DNA from: Mobula hypostoma
Taxonomy: Eukaryota
Assembly: GCF_963921235.1 (NCBI RefSeq)
Contig: NC_086118.1
Coordinates: forward strand, 18,106,001 to 18,170,000
Direction: 5' to 3'
Length of the DNA: 64,000 nt
A program made the position numbers and the translations under genes. The number at the start of each line of letters is the position of its first letter. Position 1 is the first letter of the stretch. Below the pieces are notes generated by a model that saw only the letters and a program-made list of their open reading frames with translations, ran no database searches and had not been told where the DNA came from. Of this stretch, positions 14,429-27,707 are shown in pieces.

Positions 14429-15069
14429 GTAATTTATGGCATGGATGCAGCAAATCCACTACCCTCTCATAAGAATACTGAAAATTTCAGCTTAATTTAA
14501 AATGTCAAAAGTAATATTGTTTGATGCTTCTGACCTCTATGTAATCCTTTACATATCACGGAATAGACATAATTGGAGTGTCCTTTGACACTCTGCTCCA
14601 GATAGCTGATCTAACATGCCAAGCACTGCAAGGTATTAATATGGTCAACAGTTGAGAACACTACAGTGTGCATGTTCAAGTACTTTGCTCCCTTCAGAGC
14701 ACGCTCATGAAACATTGTGTTGTATCTGAGAGAACATAGCTACTGTTTTTCAGTACTTTGTGCCTCTATGTAATTGTTTCACTGTATCAGTATGCTGAGT
14801 TGGTGTGTACATATTCCACTGGGCCATTACATTCATCTACGCTGAGATGAGAATCTATCATCTGCTTCAATTTTCTGACTTGATTTCCTTTACTTTCATG
14901 AATAAATACCATTTGCCCTTGTGCAACACTGAAAATAACATTTATGGATAAAATTTACACTTTTGTTTTATAATCCTGTTGTTTTTGAACTCAATATTTG
15001 TCCTTCCAGTTTTCTCTCCAGCATCCCTGAGATGCCAGCCAGTGCTGTCTATGATTTCACAACTGTACA

Positions 15070-17135
15070 GACCATAAGACATAGGAGCAGAATTAGGCCA
15101 TTTGGCTCATTGAGTCTACTCTGCCATTTCATCATGGTTGATCCATTTCCCTCTCAACCCCATTCTTCTGCCTTCTCCCCATATCCTTTCATGCCCTGAC
15201 TAATCAAGAACCTATCAATGTCCACCTTAAATGCACAGAATGACCTGGCCTTCAGAGGCCCCTGTGGCCACAAATTCCACAGACTCCCCACCCTGCAGCT
15301 AAAGAAATTCCTCCTCATTTCTGTTCTAAATGGATGTCCCTCAATCTTGAGGCGGTGTCCTCTGATCATAGACTCCCCCCATCAAAGGAAACATCCTCTT
15401 CACATCCACCCAATCTAGGCCTATCAACATTTGATGGGTTTCAATTTCTTCTAAATTTCATCTCTGCTCCTATGACAACCCTTTCATTCCTGGAATCATT
15501 CTTGTGAACCGCCTCTGAACCCTCTCCAATGTCAGCACAGCCTTTCTTAAATAAGAGCCCAAAACTGATCACAATACTCCAAGCAAGGCCTCACCAGTGC
15601 CTTATGCAGCCTCAGCATTACATCCTTGCTTTTATATTCCAATCCTCCTGATGTGAATGCAAACATTGCATTCTCCTTCCTCACCACTAATTCAACCAGC
15701 ACATTAATCGGTAGGGAATCCTGCACGAGGACTCCCAAATCCCTTTGCATCTCAGATTTTTGAATTTTCGCTCAGTTCAAATCAAGTTTACTTATCATTC
15801 AAACCACATATGGATACAGTAAAATGAAAGCGTTCCTCTGGGGCCAAGGTCATTACATACATTCAAAATAGTGAGAAAGAAAGAAAAAAACAGATTGTTA
15901 CACAAGAAATCCCATGTGTTGTCTAAGTCCCCGACTGACATGAACTAATGGTACAGCTCCTGGCAATCCAGCTTGTCATTCCACCAACTGAACACTGGAG
16001 GGCAGCACTGACAGGACAGGCCAGCTTCCAACCGAGAACGGACTCTATGCTACACCACCTCCAGTGGACTGCAGCAGCAGGCAAGCCAGTGGTTTGAGGC
16101 CTAATTCTCACTTGATTTAGAAAATAGTCTATACTTTTATTCCTTCTAATAAAGTGCATGACCATGCACTTCCTGACACTTTATTCCATCTGCCACCACT
16201 TTGCCTATTCTCCTAATCTGTCTCAGTCCGTCTGCAGCCCCTTGGCTTTCTCAACAGTACCTGCCTCTCCACCAGTCTTCATATCATCTGCAAACTTGGC
16301 CACAAGCCATCAATTCCAACTTCCAAATCATTGACATACAATGTACAAATAAATGGTCCCACACACACCCCTGCAGAACACCACTAGTCACTGGCAGCCA
16401 ATCCAAAATGGATCCCTTTAGTCCCACACATTGCCTCCTGCCAGTCAGCCAATACTCTATCCATGCTGGTATCTTTCCTATAACACCCTAAGGTCTTGTT
16501 TATCAGCCTTTATGCGCAACACGTTGTCAAAGGCCTTCTGAAAATCCTAGTTCACAGTATCCACTGATTCTGCTTTGTCTATCTTGCTTCCTATTTCTTC
16601 AAAGAATTCCAACAAGTTTGTCCGGCAAGATTTTCCCTTAACGAAACCATGCTGACTTTGTCATGTGCCTCTACGTACTCTGAAAGCACATCCTTAACAA
16701 TTGACTCCAACATCCTCCCAACTACTGAGGTCAGGCTAACTGGCCTTTAGTTTCCTATCTTTTGCCTCCCTCTCTTCTTGAAGAGTGGAGTGACATTTGC
16801 AACTTTCCAGTCCTCTAGAACCATGCTAGTCTATTGATTCTTGGAAGAACATTACTAATGCCTCCACAATCTCTTCAGCCACCTCTTTTAGAACACTGGG
16901 ATGTAGTCCATCAGGTCCACATAACTTATCTGTCATCCAATCTTTTAGTTTCCAAAGTATCATGTTCCTAATAATAGTAGCTGTGCTCACTTCTGCCCTT
17001 GACACGCTCGAATTTCTGCCATACTACTAGTGTCTTCTACGGTGAAGAGTGATGCAAAATACTTATTCACCATTTCCTTGTCCCCCATTACTATCTCTCC
17101 AACATCACTTGCCAGTGGCCCAATATCTACTTGTG
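15070..17135 (-). mobile_element. CR1 LINE 3' half, interrupted near 15770-16112 by another short repeat
   Basis: QRDLGVLVQ..LVRPCLEYC and RGHRLKI..RRNFFS ORFs; tail accataagacatagg. The insert resembles 39968-40215. Confidence 0.8.
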
Positions 17136-18151
17136 CCCATACTAAATATCACGTTTTTATGGCTGAGATCTAACTTGGATTTCAAGAATATTTAAACTTT
17201 TGAGAGGAATCAGAACCAAATATGATCCTGGATACACTTGTGCATTTAATGCTTTAGGCCACCGGACGTGAACTGGAGAAGTATTTTCATTCGCTTTTAC
17301 TGCTGTCTGGAAGGAAAGAAAGCCCCTATGCTTACCCTGGACAGAGTGTAGCAAGTTCTTGTTCTGGTTAAAGCATAATTGCACTATAAAGTACTTTCAG
17401 CTCAACCACAGGGAAGTTCAGATTGGTACAAGACTCATTGTTTTTTATCAATAGAGAACAGACTTCCCCATAAATTAGGCTACCATCTCTCCATTTGAAC
17501 CAATCTCCATCTGATAAACTAAGTTCTTATTTGAAGATATGTCTGCCCTAGGAAGCTCACGTAAATAAAAACTTTAATGGTTCCAGTGAGTACAAAAGTC
17601 AAATTTTAATTTAATGATTACAACAACTTTGGCTGATGAAAGATTGTTCCACTTTGCTGAAATCTAATAAATGTTATTGGTGAGTAGTAATAGGCCAGTT
17701 TTAAATGTCGGGTACATTCAAATGATGGGAAATTTTGCAGATATTTGATTACTAATAGGCATCATACAAATTACAAAAGTTTTCTTCAAAAAGAAGAGAG
17801 TCTCTAACAAGTTGTTTTAAAAAATTTTGTTTCAATCTATCTCATGTCATAGGTTATGTTTTGCACTTTGTTAAGAGCAAGTTCAATGTTTTGCTAAAAT
17901 CCAAGAAAGCTCCTTTTGCTAAGTATCCATCTGACATGATTAATTCTTGCTAAGTGTAAAGATATTTAGAAAATTTGTATAGTAGGACTTTGTAGCAAAT
18001 TTCCTTGTTTGCAGTAAATTGTAATGTAGTCATGCATTTATTAAAGCAGCTTACATTGATTTTCTGTGTACAGTAAAATAAAATCTCCTTAGAAAATTAT
18101 CATTATTTGAAAATAATGCAAGCCTGTGCATGTTTCCACTCTTCATCCTAG

Positions 18152-18343
18152 GACACATTGGAAATGTGTGCACGAGAGAATGAATTTAAGAGCATTCTCT
18201 TTGCTCTTTGCTACTTTCATGCAGTTGTAGCAGAGAGGCGTAAATTTGGACCACAGGGTTGGAACCGATCTTATCCATTCAACACCGGAGATCTCACCAT
18301 CTCAGTTAATGTTCTGTACAACTACCTGGAGGCAAATGCAAAG
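18152..18343 (+). CDS. DNAH9: Axonemal dynein heavy chain internal exon (AAA lid region), phase 0-0, 64 codons
   Basis: cctag|GAC acceptor and AAG|gtaaaa donor; translates [64 protein letters not shown], continuing the previous exon in frame. Confidence 0.92.
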
Positions 18344-18999
18344 GTAAAACATGGATGCATGATATGAGGGAAGTGGGTTATGTCATGGATTGACGCATGA
18401 GCATGTAAAATTTAAATAGCAAGCCACCTAGTTTAGTGGGATGAAAACCTTTGTTTGCTGTCTGCATTGTAATTTCAGCTGCCAAAATATGGAGAAGTTT
18501 TCCATAATTCAGTACTGATCTCAGTCAAACACATTTTTTGGGGGTGACATTGGGGTTGTTCATGAAGGATGATTCAGAGGATAGAAATGTTGCATTATGT
18601 AACTTTTCTCTGCACACGTGTGCTGAATTTTATATGATTCCATGCCATTGACACGTAACTTATTGCATCACCAAATATTCGATAGACATTTGCATAATAT
18701 TGAAAACAATCTATTAAAACAATTTTCTCAACTGCTTAGAGTTTAGATTCCTACCTTGATTAAGTCAGTCAGTCTGGACACTAATTCCATTTAGAAGTTT
18801 CTGCAAAAGGGTGGTTCAGAAGTTTGAGTAAAAAAATTACCAAACTGAGCTCTATCACCTGCTCTCTGAACTATTATGCTACAGTTCCCAAGGAGACACT
18901 GGACTGCATTGAGAGATAGTGAGTTTAAAAGAAGTGAGCAGAGCAGTTGGCACATTTTTGCATTTCACAGTTCCCAAGTAAACACTGAATTGCACATAA

Positions 19000-21900
19000 T
19001 TAGGCATTTGGCAAGTTCCAATAAAAAGAAGTTTGGTTGAAGCAGGCATCCCTTGTGGGAGCTCCCACTGTGTGAGCGAGCCAGTGTTAGAGTGGAGAGT
19101 TGAGGCTTAGGCTCTTTGAGACTTTGGTGAGGAGAGGCGTAGGCCGTGGATAATTTATTTATTCTTTTTTTCTTATTGCACATTTAGAACAATAGGGATA
19201 CCAGGCAGCAGAGTGGAATGCTCCTCTTGCAAGTTGTGGGAAGTCAGGGGAAACTCCAGTGTCCCTGACGACTACACCTGCAGCTTCTAAAAGGCTGTGT
19301 AAAAGAGCTGGATGAACTGAGGCTCATTCCGGAGTCTGAGGGGTTGATAGACAGGCCATACGGGGAGGCACTTATACCTAAGTTGCAGGAGTCACACCTG
19401 CAACTGTGTGACTGTCAGGAGGGGGAAAGGGGATAGGCAATCACTGCAGACTGGCTGTTCCAGTCAACAGCAAGTATACCTCTTTAGATACTTTTTGGGG
19501 AGGGAGGTGATCTAGCAAAGGAAATTCACAGTGGTCAGGACTCTAGCACTGAATCTGACTCTGTGACTCAGAAGTGAAGGAGAGAGGAGAGATAAGTTCA
19601 AGTGATAGGGGTTTCATTGGTTCGGGCAACAGAAGGGAAGTTCTATTGGATGAGAATGAGATTTCAAGATAGTATGTTGCCTCCTGGGTGCCAGGGTCAG
19701 GGACATCTCACAACGAATCTACAACATTCTTAAGTGTGAGGGTGAGCATCTAGAGGCTGTGGTCCAAGTCGGTAACTATGGCATGGGTAGGAAAGGTGAC
19801 AAGGTCCTGCAAAGTGAGTTCACGAAGTTGGTGCTAAGTGAGAGGGCAGGACCTCCAGGGTTGTGATCTCGGGATTGCTACCCATGCCACGTGCTAGTAA
19901 GGCCAGAAATAAGAAAATTGTACAGTTTATCACGTGGCTAAAGAGATGGTGCAGGATGAAGGGCTTCGGATTTTTGGATCATTGGGCACTCTTGCAGGGA
20001 AGGTGGGGCCTGTGTAGAAGGGACAGTGTTTACTTGAACTGGAGGGGGACTAATATGCTAGTGCTGCATGGGGGTGGGGGGAATTAAACTAGAGTTGCAG
20101 GGAGATGGGAACCAGAGTGCCGGAACAGTTAGAGGAGAGATTGTTGGATAAGATATCGTTAAGCCTACAGGGTCAGGAAACAAAATATTTATCATGGTGG
20201 CACTAATGTTCTGTGCTGTGTGTGTTTCAATGCAAGGAGTACTGTAGGAAAGGTGAATAAGCTTCGGGCATGAATCAGGGCATGGAATTATGACATTGTA
20301 GCCATTCGTGAGACTTGGTCGCAGGAAGTGCAGGACTGACAGCTCAATGTTCCAGGGTTCTGTTGTTCTTAATGTGATAGAGCAGGAGGGATTAAAGAGG
20401 AGGACTGGCATTACTAGTCAGGAAAAATGTCACTGCACTGCTCAGTAAGGACAGAGTGGCAGACTCGTCTAGTCAGTTTTATGGGTAGAAATGAGCAATA
20501 AGAATGGTATGACCTACAATTTGCCTACCAGCACAACTGATCAACAAATGGCTCACTCACCTGGAGAAGAGGGATGATGTTCTTGGACTACAGATCAGCA
20601 TTCAACCCCATAATTCATCCCAGGCTGGACACTGAGCTCAGAGACCTCAGCCTGCATCCTGCTTTGTGCAGCTGGATCCTGGACTTCCTGTGGGATCGCT
20701 GACAGTGGTAAGGATGGGCACCCTCACCTCTGCCCCTCAACACAGGAGCCCCCCAGAGCTGTGTCCTGAGCCCCCTCCCTATACACCCAGGACTGTGTTG
20801 CCACACACAGCTTCAGTCTGCTGATCAAACTTGCAGATGAAACGACATTGATAGGCCTTATTTCCAACAATGATGAGACAGCCTGCAGAGGAGGTCAATG
20901 CCCTGAGTTTGACATGAGTCCCCGATTCCTCAGGACTTTCTACAGGGGCACCATCAAAAGCATCCTGAGTGGCTGTGTCACTGCCTGGTACGGGAACTCT
21001 ACTACCCTTAATCACAGGGCACTACAGAGAGTGGTGCGGACAGCCCAGTGAATCTGTGGATGTGAACTTTCCTTTATTCAGGTCATTTACAGCAGCAGGT
21101 ACATAAAGACGGCCAGGAGGATCATCAGGAACTGCAGCCACCCCAACCACAAACTGTTTCGGCTGCCTCTGTCTGGTCAATGGTACTGCAGCTTCTTTCA
21201 CCAGCCCATCAGATTTATCAATACACATCGATCTTATTGCATATCCGATGTTCATACATGCATACAAAACAATTATGTATACAATCTTAGTGTTTGGGCA
21301 ATATCCTCCTACACTGCCCTTCCTTATTGCTTGTATATTGTGACAGAGACAGAACATAAAAAATTTACTCTCTCATGTTGTGAGATGGATGTAAGAAATA
21401 AAATAAATAAAATTCCAAATCATAATAAATGGGATTATATTATAGACCACCTAACAGTCCGTGTGATTTAGAGGAGGAAATCTGAGAAACATAAGGTTGT
21501 GATGTAAGGTGATTTTAACTTTCTGCTTATTGACTCGGAATCCCATTCTGTTAAAGGGCTGGATGGGAGAGAGTTTGTCAAATGTATTAAGGAAAATTTC
21601 CTTAATCAGTACATAGAAGTCCCAAAGACAGTGAGTGTGTACTAGTCTCCTATTAGGGAATGACTCAAGACAGGTAACAGAAGTTTGTGAGGGAACCCTT
21701 TGCACCTAGTGATCATAGTCATTGCTCTCAAGGTAATTATGGAAAAGGATAGGTCTGGTCTTGAGTTGAGATTCTAAATTAGAGAAAGGCCAATTCAGAA
21801 ATGATCTGGCAAGTGTGGGAGGCCTTTAAAAGTGAAATTTTCAGAGTACAGAATTTGTAAGTTTCTGTCAGAATATAACACAAGGATAACAGGTTTCGGG

Positions 21901-23440
21901 AACTTTGGTTTTCGAGAGATATTGAGACCTTGGTGAAGAAATTGAAGGAGGTTCATAGAGGGTATAGGCAGGTTGGTATTAATGAGGTTCTTGAGGAGTA
22001 TAAGAAATACAAGAGAACACTTAATAAAGAAAACAGAAAGGCTAAAAGAAGGCATGAGGTTTCTCTAGCAGATAAGGCGAAGGAGAATCTGAAAGATTTC
22101 TATGGATACACAGCATTAAGAGCAAACGGATAGCAAGGGACAAAATAGGTCCTCTGGAAAATCAGAGTGCTAATCTATGCATGGAGCCAAAGGAGATGGA
22201 AGACATCTCAAGTAGATTTTTTGCATCTGTCTTTAATCGGGAGACTACACAATCAATAGAAGTGAGGCAAGGCAGCAGTGAGGTCATGGACCCTATTCAG
22301 ATTACAGAGGAGGAGGTGATTGATTTCTTGAGGCAAATTAGAGTGCATAGGTCACCAGGGACTCACAAGGTGTTACCTTGGTCCTGTGGGAAGCTAGTGC
22401 AGAAATTGCCATGGCCCAAGCAGAGATATTTAAATCATCCTTAGGCACGGCTGAGGTTCCAGAGGATTGGAGATAGCTGATGATCTTCTGCTGTTCAAGG
22501 AAGGCTCTAAGAATGAGCCAGGAAATTAAAGGCCGATGAACCTCATATCAGCAGTAGGAAAGTTTTGGAAGGTATTCTAAGATACCAGATGTGTAAGTAC
22601 ATATCTGGATAGGATAATCAACATGGCTTTATATGTGTAAGGTCATGTCTAACCAATCTTATAGAGTTTTTATCAGTAAGATACCAGGAAAGTTGATGAA
22701 GGTAAGGCTGTGGATGTTGTCTACATGGACTTTAGCAAGGCCCCACATGGGAATACAGATCCAAAATTCCTTGAAAGTATTGTCACAGGTACTGTAGATA
22801 AGGTTGTAAAGAAAGCTTTTGGCACTTTGGCCTTCATAAATCAATTTATTGAGTACAGGAGTTGGGATGTTAAGCTGAAATTGCATCAGATATTGGTGAG
22901 GCCCAATTTAGACTATTATGTGCAGTTTTGGTCAGCTACATACAGGAAAGATGTCACTCAGATTGAAAGAATGCTGAAAAAATTTACAAGGATGTTGCCA
23001 GGACTTGAGGACCTGAGTTATAGGGAAAGGTTGAATAGTTTAGGACTTTAATTCTGAGAATATAAAAGATTGAGGGGAGATTTGATGGAGGTATACAAAA
23101 TTATGAGGGGGTATAGATAAGATAAATGCAAGCAGGCTTTTCCATTGAGGTTGGATGAGACTACAACTAGGTTGGGTTAAGTGTGAAAGCTGAAAAGTTT
23201 AAGGGAAAAATGATGGGGAACTGTTTCACTCAGGGTATGGTGAGAATATGCAACAATCTGCCATTGCAAGTTGTGGATATGGGTTTGATTTCAACATTTA
23301 AGAGAAATTTGGATACGTACGGACGGCTATGGTCTGGGTGCAAATTGATGGGTCTAGGCAAATTAATGGTTTGGCATGTACTAGATGTGACAAAGAGCCT
23401 GTTTTTGTACTGTGGTGTTGTATGGCATTATGAATCTGTA
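19000..23440 (+). mobile_element. Decayed near-full-length CR1 LINE with internal deletions
   Basis: ORF1 esterase remnants (19863-20087); endonuclease and RT remnants (DVVYMDFSKA, LVRPNLDY, 22710-23051). Confidence 0.8.
20515..21420 (+). mobile_element. Rex1/Babar-type fragment nested in CR1
   Basis: Starts at the LQFAY-coding block (ctacaatttgcctacc), contains GAPQ and SILSGCVTAWYGN, ends in an AAAT-rich tail; CR1 resumes at atgggattatattatagaccacc. Confidence 0.75.
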
Positions 23441-23465
23441 ACTAAAATAAAAACAAGAGAGTAAA

Positions 23466-26400
23466 AGAGAGGCAAGACTGCGCAGTCGCGTGACGCCAGC
23501 CAGTAGAGCGGGAAAAGTTTAAGAAGAAGACTGCCACATCCAGTGGGCAGCAGAGTGAGAGGTAGCAGAGTGATAGGGCTCAATGGGCTTAGGTGGTAAC
23601 GAGGCGAGGTAGGTCTACCTGTGTTAATTGCAGAAAGAAAGTAGTATGTGTGTGAGGCCGGTTTCTTCCAGACTCCCGGACGGCCATATCTCTACCCAGT
23701 GTGTTGAGCTCCAGCTCCTAAGGGACCGAGTTAGGGAACTGGAGATGCAGCTTGATGACCTTCGTCTGGTCAGGGAGAGTGAGAAGGCGATAGAGAGGAG
23801 TTATTGGCAGGTGGTCACACCAGGGGCACAGGAGACAGACAAGTGGGTAACAGTCAGGAGAGGGAAGGGGAAGAGTTAGGTACTAGAGATTACCACTGTG
23901 GCTGTAACCCTTGACAATAAGTACTCCTGTTTGAGTACTACTGGGGGAGACAGCCTACCTGGAGGAAGCAACAATGGCCATGCCTCTGGTACAGAGTATG
24001 GCCCTGTGGCTCAGAAGGGTAGGGAAAGAAAGAGGAAGGCAGCAGTGATAGTGGACTCTATAGTTAGGGGGCCAGACAGGCGATTCTGTGGACGCAGGAA
24101 AGAAACACGGATGGTGATTTGCCTCCCAGGTGCCAGTGTCCGGGATGTTTCAGATCGCGTCCAAGATATCCTGCAGTGGGAGGGAGAACAGCCGGAGGTT
24201 GTGGTACATATTGGTACCAATGACATAAGTAGGAAAAGGGAAGAAGTCCTGAAAAAAATCTTTAGGGAGTTAGGAAGGAAGTTGAGTAGCAGGACCGCAA
24301 AGGTAGTAATCTCAGGATTACTGCATGTGCCACGCAACAGTGAGTATAGGAATAGAATGAGGTGGAGGATAAATGCGTGGCTGAGGGATTGGAGCAGGGG
24401 GCAGGGATTCAGATTCCTGGATCATTGGGACCTCTTTTGGGGCAGGTATGACTTGGACAAAAAGGGCGGGTTGCACTTGAATTCCAGGGGAACCAATATC
24501 CTGGTGGGGAGGTTTGCTAAGGCTACTGGGGAGAGTTCAAACTAGAGTTGTTGCAGAGTGGGAACCGAACTGAAGGGGCTGGGGAAGAGTAGATTGGCTC
24601 ACAAATAGAGAAAGCTTGGAGACAGTGTATGAGGGAGGATAGGCAGGTGATAGAGAATGGACGTGCTCAGATGGACGTGCTCAGATGGACAGTTTGAGAT
24701 GTGACTATTTTAACACAAGAAGTATTGTGAACAAAGCGGATGAACTTAGAACATGGATCAGTACTTGGAGTTATGATGTGCTAGCCTTTACAGAGACTTG
24801 GATGGTTCAGGGACAGGAATGGTTAATTCAAGTGCCGGGTTTTCGATGTTTCAGAAAGGACAGGGAGGGTGGAAAAAGAGGTGGAGGTGTGGCACTGTTG
24901 ATCAGAAATAGTGTCATGGCTGCAGAAAAGGTGGACGTCATGGAGGGATTGTCTATGGAGTCTCCGTGGGTAGAAGTTAGGAACAGGAAGGGGTCAATAG
25001 CTCTGGTGGGTATTTTTATAGGCTGCCCAATAGTAACAGGGATATTGAGGAGCAGGTAGGGAAATAGATCCTGGAAAGATGTAATAATAACGGAGTTGTC
25101 GTGATGGGAGATTTTAATTTCCCAAATATCGATTGGCATCTCCCTGGAGCAAGGGGTTTAGATGGGGTGGAGTTTGTCAGGTGTGTTCAGGAAGGTTTCT
25201 TGACACAATATGTAATTAAGCCTACAAGAGGAGAGACTTGTACTTGATTTGGTATTGGGAAATGAACCTGGTCAGGTGTCAGATCTGACAGTGGGAGAGC
25301 ATTTTGGAGATAGTGATCATAATTCTATCTCCTTTACAGTAGCATTGGAGAGAGATTGGAACTGACAAGTTAGAAAAGCATTTAATTGGAGTAGGCGAAT
25401 TATGAGGCTATCAGGCAGGAAATTGGAAGCTTAAATTGGGAACAGATGTTCTTACAGAAGAAATGTGGCAAATGTTCAGGGGATATTTGTGTGGAGTTCT
25501 GCATGGGTACATTCTAATGAGACAGGGAAGTTATGGTAGGGTACAGGAACCGTGGTGTACAAAGACTGTAATAAATCTAGTCAAGAAGAAAAGAAAAGCT
25601 TACAAAAGGTTCAGAGAGTTAGGTAATGTTAGAGATCTAGAAGATTATAAGGCTAACAGGAAGGAGCTTAAAAAGGAACTTAGGAGAGCCAGAAGGGGGC
25701 ATGAGAAGGCCTTGACGGGCAGAATTAAGGAAAACCCCAAGGCATTCTACAAGTATGTGAAGAGCAAGAGGATAGGACGTGAAGGAATAGGACCTATCAA
25801 GTGTGACAGTGGGAAAGTGTGTATGGACCTGGAGGAAATAGCAGGGGTACTTAATGAATACTTTACTTCAGTATTCACTATGGAAAAGGATCTTGGTGAT
25901 TGTAGTGCAGACTTGCAGCAGACTGAAAAACTTGAGCATGTAGATATTAAGAAAGAGGATGTACTGGAGCTTTTGGAAAGCATCAAGTTGGATAAGTCAC
26001 CAGGACCGGATGAGATGTACCCCTGGCTACTGCGAGAGGCAAGGGAGGAGAATGCTGAGCCTCTGGCAATGATCTTTGAATCATCAATGGGGACAGGAGA
26101 GGTTCTGGAGGATTGGGGGGCTGCAGATGTTGTCCCTTTATTCAAGAAGGGGAGTAGAGGTAGCCCAGGAAATTATAGACCAGTGAGTCTTACTTCAGTG
26201 GTTGGTAAGTTGATGGAGAAGATCCTGAGAGGCAGGATTTATGAATATTTGAAGAGGTATAATATGATTAGGAATAGTCAGCATGGCTTCGTCAAGGGCA
26301 GGTCATGCCTTACGAGCCTGATTGAATTTTTGAGGATGTGACTAAACACATTGATGAAGGAAGAGCAATAGATGTAGTGTATATGGATTTCAACAAGGCA

Positions 26401-27528
26401 TTTGATAAAGTACCCCATGCAAGGCTTATTGAGAAACTAAAGAGGCATGGGATCCAAGGGGACATTGCTTTGTGGATCCAGAACTGGCTTGCCCACAGAA
26501 GGCAAAGAGTGGTTGTAGACAGGTGATATTCTGCATGGAGATCGGTGACCAGTGGTGTGCCTCAGGGATCTGTTCTGGGATCCTTACTCTTCGTGATTTT
26601 TATAAATGACCTGGATGAGGAAGTGGTGGGATGGGTTTGTAAGTTTGCTGATGACAGAAAGGTTAGGGGTGTTGTGGATAGTGTGGAGGGCTGTTAGAGT
26701 TTACAGCGGGACATTGATAGGATGAAAAACTGGGCTGAGAAGTGGCAGATGGAGTTCAACCCAGATAAGTGTGAAGTGGTTCATTTTAGTAGGTCAAATA
26801 TGATGGCAGAATATGGTATTAATGGTAAGACTCTTGGCAGTGTGGAGGATCAGAGGGATCTTGGGGTCCAAATCCACAGGACGCTCAAAGCAGCTGTGCA
26901 GGTAGACTCTGGTTAAGAATGCATGCGGTGTATTGGCCTTCATTAATTGTGGTATTGAATTTAGGAGCTGAGAGGTAGGCTATATAGGACCCTGGTCAGA
27001 CCCCACTTGGAGTACTTTGCTCAGTTCTGGCCGCCTCACTACAGGAAGGATATGGAAGCCATTGAAAGGGTACAGAGGAGATTTACAAGGATGTTGCCTG
27101 ATGAAAGCAGGTTGAGTGAACTCAGCCTTTTCTCCTTGGAGCGACGGAGGATGAAAGGTGACCTGATAGAGGTGTATAAGATGATGAGAGGCATTGATTG
27201 TGTGGATAGTCAGAGGCTTTTTCCCAGGGCTGAAATGGTTGCCACAAAAGGACACAGGTTTAAGCTGCTGGGGGAGTAAGTACAGAGGAGATGTCAGGAA
27301 TAAGTTATTTACTCAGAGAGTTTTGAGTGCGTAGAATGGGTTGCTGGCAACGGTGGTGGAGGCGGATATGATAGGGTTTTCTAAGGGACTTCTGGATAGG
27401 TACATGGAGCTTAGAAAAATAGAGGGCTATGGGGAAGGCTAGTAATTTCCAAGGTAAGGACATGTTTGGCACAACTTTTTGGGCTGAAGGGCCTGTATTG
27501 TGCTGTAGGTTTTCTATGTTTCTATGTT
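23466..27528 (+). mobile_element. Near-full-length CR1 LINE: ORF1 (about 23640-24545) and disrupted ORF2 EN-RT (about 24685-27480)
   Basis: ORF1 coiled-coil plus SGNH motifs; ORF2 [42 protein letters not shown]; 3' (TTTCTATG)n tail at 27511-27528. Confidence 0.92.
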
Positions 27529-27707
27529 AAAAACTGGGAATGCTGAAAACACTCAACAGCTAAGGCAGCAACTATGAAAAGAATCAGAATCAGGTTTAAT
27601 ATCACCAGCATATGTCATTAAGTTTTGTTAAGAATATGGCAGCAGTACATGAAATATATGATAAATAACTATAGAGGGGAAAAACTGAATTACAGTAAGT
27701 ATATATA

